NCBI GenBank assembly: GCA_964016885.1
Contig: OZ024741.1
Coordinates: 284,766,001 to 284,830,000 of the forward strand
Reading direction: 5' to 3'
Length of the DNA stretch: 64,000 nucleotides
DNA from: Eledone cirrhosa
Taxonomy: Eukaryota
Shown: positions 40,916-54,645 of the stretch, piece after piece
Position numbering within the stretch: position 1 is the first letter of the stretch
Layout: the number at the start of each line of letters is the position of its first letter
Made by a program: the position numbers and the translations under genes
The notes under the pieces: model-generated
Database searches by the model: none
Told to the model about the DNA's origin: nothing
Seen by the model: only the letters and a program-made list of their open reading frames with translations

Positions 40916-43900
40916 TCAGAATGTGTATTTAATTAGAAGGGTCTCTACAACAACTACAACTGTAGGCGATGGGGCCCATCCACAGCCCCGGCAGACAGAA
41001 TGGAGAAGGCGTTTTCCCGGAGGACGGCGGGGGAGGCGTTGGAAGAGCCACTCCAACTTGCGGGGCTCACACCTGCGGCTGACCAGCTCAGCGCCTATGG
41101 TGGTGAGTAAGGAGGTAGCCCTGGGGCCGAGGACTCCAGAGGTCTCCACTGCCAGAGGAACGACCGCAAACCTGTCGGAGAGCGACCGGTATTTGAGGAG
41201 TTTGGCCCCCTCAGCCCGACGTGCAGTATAACATGGGTCAGTCGCAGACTGCCCTAGGTTGCGACTGCAGAAAGTGTCGATGCAAGTGGCATCCCAGACG
41301 AGGGGTTTGCTACCGCGGAACGGGAAGATGATCATGCCATCTGGCCTTTTGCTGTCCCCTCGATCCAGCCCTACCGGCTCGAGCTGGGAAGGGAAGCCTG
41401 CAGCGTCTAAGCCATGCTTAATGACCTCGTTGAGGGCAGCAGGGCGTGGAATGCGGCCGGCACTGTGGCGATAGGAAAGCGGGTGAAGGCCGAAAGAGTC
41501 CACGGTGGAACCGGAGAGACATTGGTGAGGCTGGCAGATCCGGAGGCCGAGCCTCAGGGAAACGCCGATGCGCAGGCTATGGTTGTCTAGATGCGTACCA
41601 GTGGAGAAGGGGGGAAGGGCATGGAGCCAGGCACCACTGTGGGGTTTGGAGGCCGCACGAAAACAAGCAAGGCGGTGCTGGTCGAGCTGGCGCGTGAGCC
41701 TGTCTGAGGCCAGGCTGTACTGGATGGCATCCCAAGTGCATTGGTGGGACTTGACGTCAACAGGGGGAGTAGGAGGAGGGACGTCTACTGGGCTAAGTCC
41801 CAGCCGGTCTCACGTCTCACAGGTGGCCTCAAGTTCTCTGAACACAGAGGGTTCTGTTGAGTTTTGAAGAACCCTGCTGACGAGGAAGCGGCACGAGGTT
41901 ACCGACGAAAGATACGCCGGCAAAGCTAGTGAGATCGCCGACCGGAGGCCAAGGCCGCCTTACCTGACAGGTAAATTGGCCTGTTGCCACCCTATGTCGT
42001 CAAACTTGACGTTGCATATCTCATTGGCTGCTGCTCGGATACAAGTATCGAGGTCAGGAAGGAGAGATGTCTGGATTTAGCACGGAACGCTGCGGAGAGT
42101 ATGGAGGAGCTTCGGCATGGCGAAGCAATTCCTCAGCAGAAAGAGAGCTGGGTGGCCGTCAATCCAGCCCAGTCGGCTCGTGATAGTCTGGAGCTGTTGA
42201 AGCCTGGACCTGATGGTGGAGCGGATGGCCGGTGGGTGGATCGGTGACCTGAGGATGAGGACATACTCTTTGGGGGTAACCTGACTGGCGGAGAATGGAC
42301 CGCACGTCTAAGACGGAGGCTGCAAAGCTCGCAGCATCGAGGCTGACATTCACCACCTCCGATTTGGCCGAGTTGACCTGGAGGCCGATTCCCGCCAGAG
42401 CAGGAATCACCGATTGAAGGTCATGGCAAACCGTCCGTACGGGCCCGCCCAACGTAGCATCATCCATATACCAAACGTTGAGCGGGGCCGTGATACTCCG
42501 GGCGATGTGGTCAATACCAAGGGCGAACAGGAGGGGTCCCAAAGGGTCGCCCTGTTGGACCCCAGTAGCCGAGGGTATGACCGTATCAGCAGCAAGGAGC
42601 ATGCTCGGGGCTCCATAAGACAGTAGGCCAGCGGGTAGGCAGAGGGAGCTCGGCTGAGGCAGGCCTCAAGCAGATGATCCCGGCGTAAAGAGTTGAAGGC
42701 ATTCCTCATGTCAAGCTTGACAATGAGGTTCCTGGAGTCCCTGCATGCCGGTTCCGATGGGCAGCTGCTGAAGAACTGCCTGATTGCATGAGCGGCTCCC
42801 TCACAGCCACCGGACACGCTAACACCCAGTTGCACCGGACTAAACTCCTCACCCAGTTCATGTGTTACGGACTTGCAGATCACCTTGGCAGCCAGCCCCC
42901 GGAAGACATTGCCCACAGCAATGGGGCGTATGCCACTCTGTTTCTTCCTGAGAGCGGTGAAGCTAGCCGAAAAAAAGCGACCTCGGGCATAAGGGCCAGG
43001 GTGCCATGGATGAGCCTATTGGTGAGCGCCACAATTGTACTCAGAAGGCGGCGCCCGGCCTCAGCTGAGAGGATGATATCAACTCTTTGAGGTGGCCTGG
43101 TCGGAGACCATCAACACCTCCGCAGCTGCTAGCTGGGAAGGACCTGATGGCGGAAATGATGTCAGCATCAGAAGCCATAAGGAGCAAGTGGGGGTCGGGT
43201 GGGGGTATGGGTCTGAGATCAGTAGGTGGATCAGGGTTTTTGAGTTGCAGAGCAGCCAGGACCTCCTCGGTGGGTTGGAGAACAGTGTTCTCTGAGGCAA
43301 CAACTCTGTCTGCAGCCGAGACATCACCCATGATAAGCTTGGCGTTTACCTGGTCACGAAAACGCTTGGCGCTGTCATCGGGAGTGGAGGATAGGGGGTA
43401 CCTGAGGGTGTGGTGTGTGGTGTCCCTGGGCACGCTTGGAATGGGCGCTCGCCCAAAGGACGAGACATTGGCCTTGACGAAGGCTGCTGTTGACCGGCCG
43501 CCCCGGTCAGCGGCGCCAGTGCTGGGGAGGCCGAGGGTGAGTGGCGCGAAATAGAACAGCCGCTCCCAGTCACTGGCTCGATTGGAGTCCAGGGCGCTCT
43601 CAATCGAGGAAGCGAGGGCATCGGCTACCGGCACCCGTGTCGCTCTTGGGATCCTGAGTGGGATCTTCCCGAGCCGCCTGAGCTGAGCGGTGTTGACCAG
43701 CTAGGCTTCGGCGCCAGGCAAGCTCGCTGTCCTAGCTGGTGGTGTGCCAGACGACCGACTGGGAAGACGTGGGGAAGAGGCAGCTCCTGCACCTCCACTC
43801 TGAGAGGCCAATGGAAGATTGACGAGTCAAGCCAACGCAGGTGAGGTGGTGGAAGCAGCCGCACCCCAAACAGTTCCGGCCCCTCTTCCGTTTGTTAGTG

Positions 43901-44030
43901 GTGCTGTAAGTGTCGCCTTGGAAGGATGGGGGATGGGGCGTGGGGCCGGAGACTGGGGCACCGAGCGGCATCAGAGGTGACTGGCTGGCGCGTGTGGGTG
44001 GAAGGGAAAGTGCTGGTAAGAGGGCTTCAT
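40916..44030 (-). mobile_element. CRE-like non-LTR retrotransposon (PHD-like finger, RT, restriction-like endonuclease), frameshifted
   Basis: CLGCGCFHHLTCVGL...WRCRSC; SCGGVDGLRPGHLKEL; IRPIAVGNVFR, VQLGV..SGGCE, KLDMRNAFNS, GVQQGDPLGP, WYMDD; RLE LEPVGLDRGDSKRPDG...LVWDATC...K..KY...PLAVETSG. Confidence 0.85.
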
Positions 44031-45359
44031 AGCTAACCTATATATATATAGAGAGAGGTGTCAGAAAACAAGAGAGAAAAGAAGGAGCTGCATGGAGGGG
44101 GACACAGGAAGGTAGAATGTTAGTAAATGAATGAGTGAATGGATGAATGTACAAAAAAGGGGGGGGTGAACAGGGGGTTGTTCCCAGCGGAAAGACCCAG
44201 AGTTCAGCACGCACACATGCGAGCAGCTTAGCAGTTTGTCATAGGGCCTTGTGGCTGGAGGTGAATCACTGATGTTGGAGTTGGCTTCCTCTTGTTAATG
44301 GTGGTAGATGAAACTGCTACCAGGTCGGGCTGCCAGGCAGTATGCTGAGGCTCGAGTGCCTTCTTTTACCGAAGATGCGGGGTCGATGTTATTATCCTGT
44401 TGCTGTCGCCTTTTTGACCGGAGATGCGGGTCAGTGGCTTTCGGCATCATTTGGCAGCACAACGGCAAATAAATATATTCTCTATTTTTGGGGGGCGTCT
44501 TTTCTTTCTCTCTGTCTAATCCGATTCAAATTATTTGGCAGTGAATTGGTGGTCGGTTTTGTTTTGTTTTGTTTTGTTTTATGTTTCCATTTGTTTTTAT
44601 TTATTTCTCTCGCTCTTCTCGTATGTTTCGGTGCGTTAAACTTGTGAGGTTATTATTTGAGGTTATATTTCCATTCTAGGATGTATTCCATCATAACAGC
44701 ACATACTGCTTCATGGATTAAACTGTGAGTTAATGCTGCGAATGTTTGTCTATTCGGTAATCAGATAATCCAAGCGTAAAATCATCAATGTAGATATGGA
44801 TAGAGTCTAGTGGATTTGAGAATGTTTAGAAGTGATGAAGCAGCGTGGTAAATGTTTAAGATAAAAATTCATTAACTCAAGAGGCAGCAAATTTCCTTCA
44901 TAGATGTCAGGATCAACATCTTTATGGGCTTCGCGTGTTGAGTTTACGTATGGTGAACTATAATGTTTAATAATTCGCGACTACTATAACAGCTCTGTAC
45001 GGCTCTCATTCAATGGGATGAAAAAGCCTGTAAATGTGTATGTTTGCTCCAAGGAATGGCATGATATTAGCATACCACATACATGTATGCCCACGTACAT
45101 ATGTGTGTTTGTGTGTCAAATACACACATAAATGTGTGTATATCCGTGTGAGGAGCAACACGTGTTGGTTTGCTTTTAATTTTTATTTCTTCTCTCTTTC
45201 TAATCCGATTAAAAAAAAAATTTATTTGGCAGTGAATCGGTGGTCGTTTTTTTTTTTTGTCCCCCTTCCTTTTATTTTGTTTCTTTCTCTCGCTTTTCGC
45301 GTATATTTTGGTGCGTTATATTTGTGAGGTTCCTATCAATGGTTAATAGCATTTATTCC

Positions 45360-45481
45360 ATTCTGAGTTCAAATCCCGCCGAGGTCAACTTTGCCTTTCA
45401 TCCTTACGGCGTCGATAAAATAAAGTACCAGTAATGTACTGGTTAATTGCTGGCCTTGTGCCAAAAGTAGAAACAATTATT
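45360..45481 (+). mobile_element. tRNA-derived SINE copy
   Basis: Family core and tail; inserted into the second copy of the 44500-44750/45185-45580 duplication. Confidence 0.85.
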
Positions 45482-45559
45482 TCTGGTTATGTTTCTATTT
45501 TAGGATGTATTCCATCATAGCAACACATTCTGATTCCAGGAATCTTGTATTAGACAGTG

Positions 45560-46020
45560 AATTAATGCCGCAAATGTTTGGAACGCAAAAGTATTTGAGT
45601 AATGGGTAATCCAAGCAGGCTTGCGCTGCGCTCCGCGGAGAAAGCTGCAAATGCATTTCCGCGAATAATGGCCAGCAACATCCACTGTAACAGCCACCTC
45701 ACCTCACGGCGTTCCTTCTTCTGTGGCGCCGCTGACATTCCGATTTTATGGAGGAGCTCGGCAGCACAGGGTACGAGGACGCCTAACGTCTCGACGGTGA
45801 CTGGTGCGAAGCAGCAGTTGGACAAGCTTCGGTTTTGGCTTGTCTTCCTGTCCTTTGTATTGCAGGCCGCAGTACTGGGGGTTTGTAGCAAAAACGACTA
45901 AATAGACGTGAAGAACGTGTCACAGCATATCGCGTACTAAATGTGGGATTTTTCTAATAGGAAGAGGGTAATTCTGTCGGGGCGCTTGCCGTCCCCGCGG
46001 TTGAGGCCTGCTGACTCCAG
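45560..46020 (-). mobile_element. Older CRE-like RLE-domain remnant
   Basis: GLNRGDGKRPDRITLF (minus strand ~45955-46010) and FAPVTVETLGVL...WLLQWMLLAIIRGNA (45562..45891). Confidence 0.75.
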
Positions 46021-46513
46021 TTGTGATGGAAAGTGATGCTTTAATAAATTCTGTTTCAAAACGCCATATAATCTTATGTTTTCATGTCATCATAATTAAA
46101 AGAAAAAGAAATATGAGTGCACTTGCTGTTTGTTTAATCAACAACCTTGATAACTTATTTTGTCAACTGTTGAATTTGGCACAAAATGTTTATCTAATTC
46201 CTAAAGTCATCAACGTTTTATTTCCGATACTTGCACCTGTTATACCAAACATCGTATTAATCTCTATTATTTGGATTATATGGAATTTTAGGAATGGATT
46301 TCCGTTTCATACTTTTAATTAAAAGTGTTGTTCGTGCAGTTCAGATAAAATAGGAAAATGTTTGGTTCTCGATTATTTCTGTTTATATTCTATTTTTCTA
46401 CAGTGAGGTTCTTACGGTTTATATTTTAGTATTAGTTTTAGTTTTCGCTGTATCTATCATATTTCTTTGATAACATTACCTGCATTTATAAACACACACA
46501 GACACACACACAT

Positions 46514-46759
46514 TTACATACATACATACATACTTACATACATACATATATACATAAATGCATATATAAATACATACCTACATTTATAAATACATACATA
46601 CATGCATACATGCATGCATACATACATACATACATACATACATACATACTTACATACATACGTATATACATAAATGCATATATAAATACATACATACATG
46701 CATACATGCATACATACATACATACATACATACATACATACATACGATACATACATACA

Positions 46760-46792
<33 letters not shown>

Positions 46793-47091
46793 GCATACAT
46801 ACATACATACATACATACATACATACTTACATACATACATATATACATAAATGCATATATAAATACATACCTACATTTATAAATACATACATACATGCAT
46901 ACATGCATGCATACATACATACATACATACATACATACATACATACATACATACATACATACATACATACTTACATACATACATACATACATATATACAT
47001 AAATGCATATATAAATACATACCTACATTTATAAATACATACATACATGCATACATGCATACATACATACATACATACATACATACATACA

Positions 47092-47120
<29 letters not shown>
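46514..47120. repeat. (TACA)n microsatellite with higher-order repeated variant blocks
   Basis: The block TACTTACATACATACATATATACATAAATGCATATATAAATACATAC recurs four times. Confidence 0.9.
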
Positions 47121-47123
<3 letters not shown>

Positions 47124-47459
47124 CGTATATATGCATATATTTATGTTATCGAAACTATAAGAATCATATTCAATATGGCTCCTGCTGCTCGCATTACGGA
47201 CTCAATGAGACGAGATTTGGACGTAGGAGCACGCCGTAATGGGAGCGGCTGCACGTAGGATGTGGTAAATATATACCAACTGCACTAGTTCATCACAGAG
47301 GTTGTACCATGCATGCATCGCTTCGTCAGTGGGGTCGTTTTTTCGAAGGGCAAGAGGACCCCAATATTTAAAGAGCAGGTGTCAGTTATTTCCTTTTGCT
47401 CCAGTCTATTAAGTCGGTTAAAATAGGTTACAGCTGTAATTAGACGGGCCATGTCACAC

Positions 47460-47906
47460 TCTATGTCATGCTAAATCTATCTTAGACAAATACAGCCAGA
47501 TCATCGATGTGGCCATACCAATTAGACGAATATTGCAAGTAAGGAGATTGAAAAAAAATTCTCCAGGTACTCTGATTGAAAGTGGAGATGGCAAGACTAT
47601 TTGGAATGCAAGTGGGCAGGGTAAACGTGATAACAGTTGGGATCGTATCAATCCCATTGAAATTTCAAAATTTCTTAAAACGACTGGGAATACTATACAA
47701 GTTAAGTGTCATACAAAAGGCGGCTTTGTTAGGTACTGCGCACATGTTGAGGAATGCTACTAGGAACAGGACACATTCTCAGACGAGTTCTCTCTCTACA
47801 ATGAAAACAACTATTGCCCTAGGTTCAAGGCCTGAACCCGGCAACAGAGAAACAGAACTGAGCTAAACGATAGCACATCATTATAGCACAATAATAATAA
47901 TAATAA
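47460..47906 (+). mobile_element. 3' end of an R4/Dong-type RLE retrotransposon with a (TAA)n tail
   Basis: IIDVAIP...LKVEMARLFGM...FLKRLGI...IQKAALLGTAHMLR, followed by (TAA)5 at ~47892-47906. Confidence 0.75.
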
Positions 47907-48729
47907 TTTCTTTATTAGCCACACAGAGCTCACATTAAGTAAACATTAAAGACGAGACACGATGATACAATGTAGGCTTTTTTAGTGTGAAATAATTTTT
48001 TTTATTAAATAGACTAAGGAAATAAACATTTAAAACAAACAACAAATTCCCCAAAGAGAGGATGAAATGTAGAGTTAAAATTGGTGGCATTTGAGCTGAG
48101 AACGCATTCAGCCGGAATAGGTAACGCAGAGTATTTTGTCTGATGCTGTAATGATTTTGCTAATCTACCAGCATTTCAACATCAATAGCAACAACAATAG
48201 CAATAGCAGCAACAGAAACAACAACAACAACATTAATATGTTATACTTCTCGTCAGTAGAGTAACCAGTATTACATCTGAAATCATTACCTAGATTCATG
48301 AAGTTTAACATTTGTTTGTTAGTTAAGCTTATGTTAACACGTAAACTTAATGTATTGAATTTGCAGTATCGGTGGAGGGTCGGACGCCATGCTTTCCAAC
48401 AGAGTTACGTCGCTTTACGGTCTGAGTTCAAATCCCGTCTGAGTTCAAATCTGCGATGCAAATGAAAGAAAAGTCCGAACAAAACTGTTTATATTTCCTA
48501 TTATTTAATCCATTAGTGAAAATTATACTACTGTTTATATTTCTTAATTAGAAATTACTAAAACGTCTAAAAGTTTGTTTACTACAATCACAAGTTATTA
48601 CGCTCATGTGCTTCACTTGCCGGTATCTAAGTTTTATTAGAAATATGGAAGTACTCATATGAGCATTTTATTTTATATAAAGAGTTGCAATTAAGTGCCC
48701 AGCACTTATTATCTATAATATTGATGTCT

Positions 48730-48880
48730 AATTTAGGGACAAGGCCAGCAAATTAGGCGGAAGGTAAAAGTTGATTAAATCAATCCCAATGCACGTTTGG
48801 TACTTTATTTTATCGACCCTGGAAAGATGAAAAGTAAAGGTGACCTCGTTCGGAATTGAATTCAGAATATTGAAAGCCAG
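48730..48880 (-). mobile_element. Degraded SINE copy
   Basis: ACAAGGCCAGCAA...GGTACTTTATTTTATCGACCC.GGAAAGATGAAA is the reverse complement of the family tail and core. Confidence 0.7.
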
Positions 48881-49049
48881 AACTAATATTGATATGTATT
48901 TGTCTGAAACATGAGTGTCTTTCAATTAGGAAAAAAAAAGCAAATACGCAAACACATAAAAAGGAATAGTCTTACAAGTGAAAACATGACATGATCGGTG
49001 CAGACAAGTGCAAATGGTAACGCCAGGAGAGGAGAAATATGAGTAGACA

Positions 49050-49434
<385 letters not shown>

Positions 49435-49571
49435 TGTGTGTATGTGATGAAGTGGGCATACCTGGAGAAGAAGAAGCGAGAGCGGCAGGTGCTGATATCC
49501 TTATTATTCTGCCAATCTACCGGCATTTCATCATCAATGACAACAACAATATCAATAGCACCAACAGAAGC

Positions 49572-49605
<34 letters not shown>

Positions 49606-50436
49606 GTAATATGCTATACTTCTAGTCAGTAGCATAGCCAGTATTACATCATATGGAAAAACCAACAAGATTTACAGCATCTTTGAAAACTTAGACGGAC
49701 ACGTGAAATACTCCAAATTTTACAAGTAGGATATCTGCAGACATATTTTTGTACACCATGACTCTGCCCTTACATACTGTAGCAAAATGGCTTATAAATG
49801 GAATGAGATCTCCCTGATACGCAACAAATGCAGTGGGGGTAGCGACAGACATACCCGTACGGTGGAATTCCAGAGAGTTATCACCGAAATCGGTTACCCT
49901 ACTTCTCTCTCCAAACACCGAAATGTCAAGGCAGCATCACTCAAAAGAACAAGGACACACTCCCCTAAAGATAACATATGCTACCTGAAGCAGCCACCAG
50001 ACAAGCTATCCGTAGGAATGGACTGAACATACAGCTGGCGCACTCGCGACCCTCATACGGAGATTCAGGCTGGCTCGGCCTGACCAAGAAATAGAATTAG
50101 GATGTTCGCTCCAATATAGCTGTATACATACATTTGCAGCCAAATGAGGCCAATCAGCCCATATACATAAGCGTTAAAACTTTCAGCTTATTTGAATTCC
50201 AGTATGAAGCGAGGAAGGGTGCGTAACCTTGTCAGCGGCCACACAACCAGAAACAGCATCGTTGGCTGCTTCCTCCTTGCTTCTGCTGGAACAAGATTGA
50301 TGGCACTAGTCATCATCTTTAAAATTCATAGCTAAAGACTTTTAACTATTCAAATATTTATTCGTAAACATATCGTATGTTTTGCGATATACACATTTTA
50401 CATACCTGTATACAGCTCTGTTGAAGCGAACACCCT

Positions 50437-50533
<97 letters not shown>

Positions 50534-51109
50534 ATAGTCGCTTTAAAGCCCTGTTTTCTATCTAGTTACTAAGCATCCTGATTCAAAATGCTGACGAAAG
50601 ACAAATAGTGTTCTCAGCTTCTGCATGTTTTATAAAGCAAGATATTTCTGCCATAAAATCTATTGCTAACAGCGAATTGTAAATTCTGTTTATCAACTTG
50701 TGATACACAATACTATCACTTCCATTTCATATTACATAATTGATGGTGATATTTGTTTGTTTGACTCTGTGTTTTGTGTGAAGTTGTTTAATGTGTCTTG
50801 TAGTGAGTTTTAGAATTTGGCGAAGTAACAATGTTTCTGCAAAGAAAATATTCTCTGACAGAGAAAACTGCACGACTAGATGTTATCTGAAGGCGTAAAA
50901 ATTTGTTTAAAAGAGAAACAAATCAGTTGTGTTTCTATCAACAGGTTAGCGATTCTTTCGTAACTTTAACCATATTTGTAGAATGTATCAGGCAAGGATA
51001 CCTAACTTTCTCTTAAAATTATATATAACGGATGTCATGGCATACCGATATAAGCAACAAGATAGGACTCTTTATAATGACATTGTATTTCATTATCTAG
51101 TTATATTAA

Positions 51110-51320
51110 GGCGGTGGATTGGTAGTATCAGTAGAACATCGGGCAAGATGATTTTGCGGTATTTACATAATACTATCAACTTGTTTAGTTTAAATCTCAC
51201 CGTGATCAACTTTGCCTTTAATCACTTCCGGGGTCGATAAATTTAAATACCAATTAAGTGCTAGGTCGATAAAATCTAGTCCCCTCACCCACCAAAATTA
51301 CTAGCCTTGAGCCTAAATTA
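51110..51320 (+). mobile_element. Older SINE copy
   Basis: GGCGGTGGATTGG head and AACTTTGCCTTTAATCACTTCCGGGGTCGATAAA core. Confidence 0.7.
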
Positions 51321-53087
51321 AAAATTATGATTTCGATACATTAATATGATAGATGTAGGCTTGGTTTAGCGGTTAGTTTGCTTCAAAATTATGAGGTCAA
51401 GCGCCTTCTCCAACTGTCGCACTTTCAGAAAGTATCTTTTATCTATGGTAAAAGACTCTTTCCCAACAACCCAAGCCTTATGAGTGAAATAGCAAGGTCC
51501 AGTCTTGTCACATTGTATCACGTTGATTCTGTCTGAGAGTTCCATTCAGGGCACACATGGTAGGAATACTCAACAACCTACTCATTAATTTACGAATCAG
51601 ATGCTCAGCTGATCCAAGGATTGAATTCTCATACGACGAAACCGCCACAGTATCCATCATACGGATATCAGATGAACAACTCCAATTTAATTATGTGTTC
51701 AAATCGCATCGGGATCAACTTTGAATTTTATTTCTTGGAATCTATAAAATGTGTATCAGATGTTGCTACTGTCACAGGAGAAAAAGTCAGATTTTATTCA
51801 AATAGCTTTAACAGATATTTAGTTTAAAACAGTGGGAATTTATACCAATATGACTTTTTCTCCTTTTCAGTAAATATTCAACGTACTTGTGATCAAATAC
51901 ATTCCTATCATGTCTACCGTATTTTCTCGTTGCACTTTCTTTTTTTTAAAACCAATTTGAGTGAGATCTCTGGCAGATCTTAGCAGTTCGAGCGATAACG
52001 TAGAATTTCTCTCGCTGGCTTGTTGTGATCTTGTTTCTATTCGCCGCTTGGATCAGAAACGAGTTGAAAATAAACAACAATAGCAGCAGAAGTTTTGCTA
52101 GCAGATAAGAAGTAGACATTATTGTTTCAAGTGAATAAAAATACCAACGGTACTAATAATAATTCTTTTCGTCCATTATATATATATATTATGGTCAATA
52201 ATATTTATCAGATTTTACTGCAATTTTTATTCTATTTAAGCAATAAAAAAACTAGCAATAGTTCTTTTCTCGTAAGCAGACTGATTAACAATGTCTTTCA
52301 TCACGGCTTTGATATTTTTGATGCAGAAGTAAGATTTCTTTTTCTATTGTAAATTGTTGTCTATAAAGCCCCATTTTAGCTGCATAAGACGGTATTTGTC
52401 TTTAGCTGTATTTGATATACAATACGGTCTATTTCATCTCTCTCTTTCTTTCTTCCTCTCTCTCGCTCGCTCTCTTTCACTTCACTCTTTCTCTCAGGAT
52501 CTCTGAATCATTTCCAGATTTCATAGCTACATTATTTTATTGGTTTATCTGAAAAAAAAGTTGTTTTTTTTATAGTGATAATAAAGTGCATTAAATGTTA
52601 TTGTGGAAAGAAAGTTTCGAATCTAAAGAAATATATTTTATCTAAAGAGATATATTTGCCCTGACTACAATCAGAATGTGTTATGCGCTATGATTAAAAA
52701 ATAATAATATAAAGAGTCGCAACTTCTGGTTTCTTCAAAAAGCCACATACTAGCAGACGAAATAGCTGATATTTGCGTTCCACCAATGAAACAGCACTAA
52801 CTGAACTTTTGTCAAACGCATTTACTCTACCAAACACAAAATAGGTTCACGTAGATAAGAGATCAAGAATACCAATATTGATCTCTAACGTTGGAACATG
52901 GCCTGCAATTTTAGATAGGGGAAATTCATTATATCGACTCAATACTTAACTGATACATTATTTTATAAACCCCGAAAGAATAAAAGACAAAAATAACCCC
53001 ATTAGATTTGAATTCAGGACTAAAGAGCCGCGAAACTACTGTTACGCATTTGTCCGACATACTAACGACCATCTGGACAGAATAAAA

Positions 53088-53173
53088 ATAATTGTTTCTA
53101 CTTTTGTCACAAGGCCAGCAATTAGCCAGTGCATTACTGGTACTTTATTTTATCCACCCCGTAAGGATGAAAG
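53088..53173 (-). mobile_element. SINE 3' half
   Basis: AATAATTGTTTCTACTTTTGTCACAAGGCCAGC...CTGGTACTTTATTTTATCCACCCCGTAAGGATGAAAGG. Confidence 0.85.
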
Positions 53174-54235
53174 GAGCAGAATACAAATAATGACGGTGGT
53201 TAATCCATCAACGTTGGTATCAATAAACTATCCTTAGCTAGCGTAGTTGAGGATTGGGAAAAACTAGATTTAACAATGATCCAGATAAAGGAGGGATACG
53301 AAAGCCCATGCCTATCTGTTCGAAGATTTCGTCGATTGGAGGATAAAGAAAACTGTAACGTCCCTCTGTTTTCTCTGAAAAGTAGTCATGTTTCCGAAAG
53401 GGGATTTTGAAAAAGCTATGTGCTATGTGAAGAAGAAGTTTCTGCAGGTGGTAGCGTGGCTAAAGCACTTAAAATAGCCAAGCACATTTACGAACATCCC
53501 CTGATATTTCCAATAAAGCGAACCGCCAACAATGTCGAAATCTGCATTACCAGTAATCCAGCTGTTTCGAACGTTGCGAATGCCAAAGGCTAGAAAATAT
53601 TGAAGACCAATAAATTGAAATATTTCAGTTTTTCACTTTGTTTCCTACACAGGTTTCCTAAACCTTTGGCAGAGTCGTTCCGTGTCGGCAAAAATGTCCT
53701 GTATTTGTTCCAGCTCTTTCAACCTTCTGAACGTTTTAATTGGTTTATCCCCACCCCTCGCCATCGACAGAATTTCCGGCTTTGTGCTTATTTTAGGAGC
53801 CACTATTTATATATTTATATACTACCTAAATCCCATTAGACGATATTCCATAAAATCATCATTAAACAACCTCAGGAGACATTCCCATACATTATTTTAA
53901 TCAAAACATTTCTCCATCCTTTTAGTTACTCTTACTTCTACTCGATAAATTCCCTCATATTCCCACCGGAAACATCTTCACCTCAGCTTCTTCCTTCCTG
54001 AATTGATGCCATTATCTATATTCGTCCCGCCACCCAGTGCTTATTATTTTTTTTCTTTCTTTTTCGGTATAAATACAATAATATTCAATTTGCCTTCATA
54101 TATCCCTGAAGAACTACGTGAATACAGAAACGAGCTCGTAAAATGCTGCTTTCAATCAAATAAATGCACTTTCCGTTCCAAATATATTTTGACTTGCTTT
54201 TGTGTTTGGATTTGCTTTAAATGTGCGCCTTCAAC

Positions 54236-54302
<67 letters not shown>

Positions 54303-54367
54303 CTATTAAGCTCTGTAACCTACATAGACCACTCTTTTTTCCTGGACCTTTCCGACGGAATTACTTC

Positions 54368-54400
<33 letters not shown>

Positions 54401-54402
<2 letters not shown>

Positions 54403-54610
54403 AAGAAGTTATAGTTCACTTGAAGCATTGTGTAATGAGGCATAAACGTTTGTATATGTATAATAAAGCCAATACAATGCAGGTATGGACATAGAATAAA
54501 GATTGCAAATGCAAAAGATATTGTTGACACGGTAAAAGACTAATTGTCAACAATATCTTTTGCATTTGCATTCTTTATTCTATATCCATACCTGCATTGT
54601 TTTGGCTTTA
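54401..54610. repeat. Fold-back mini-element between (TA)n tracts
   Basis: Inverted arms ~54464-54529/54545-54610; same family as 10787-10922. Confidence 0.8.
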
Positions 54611-54645
54611 CTATATATATATATATAAATATATATATATATTTA

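Noticed and set aside
46040-46330. Possible very old PLE GIY-YIG relic on the minus strand (similar case at 50560-50900)
   Set aside because: Many stops and only vague motif echoes; needs a tBLASTn search.
49690-50290. Possible decayed L1/Tx1 3' fragment or exon
   Set aside because: No diagnostic motif could be read with confidence.
54106-54140. CTGAAGA...GAAACGAGCTCGTA with palindromic stem III
   Set aside because: Stems I and II do not pair; probable relic but unsupported. Similar weak cases occur at ~9610-9635, ~11054-11090, ~21175-21205 and ~37909-37920.
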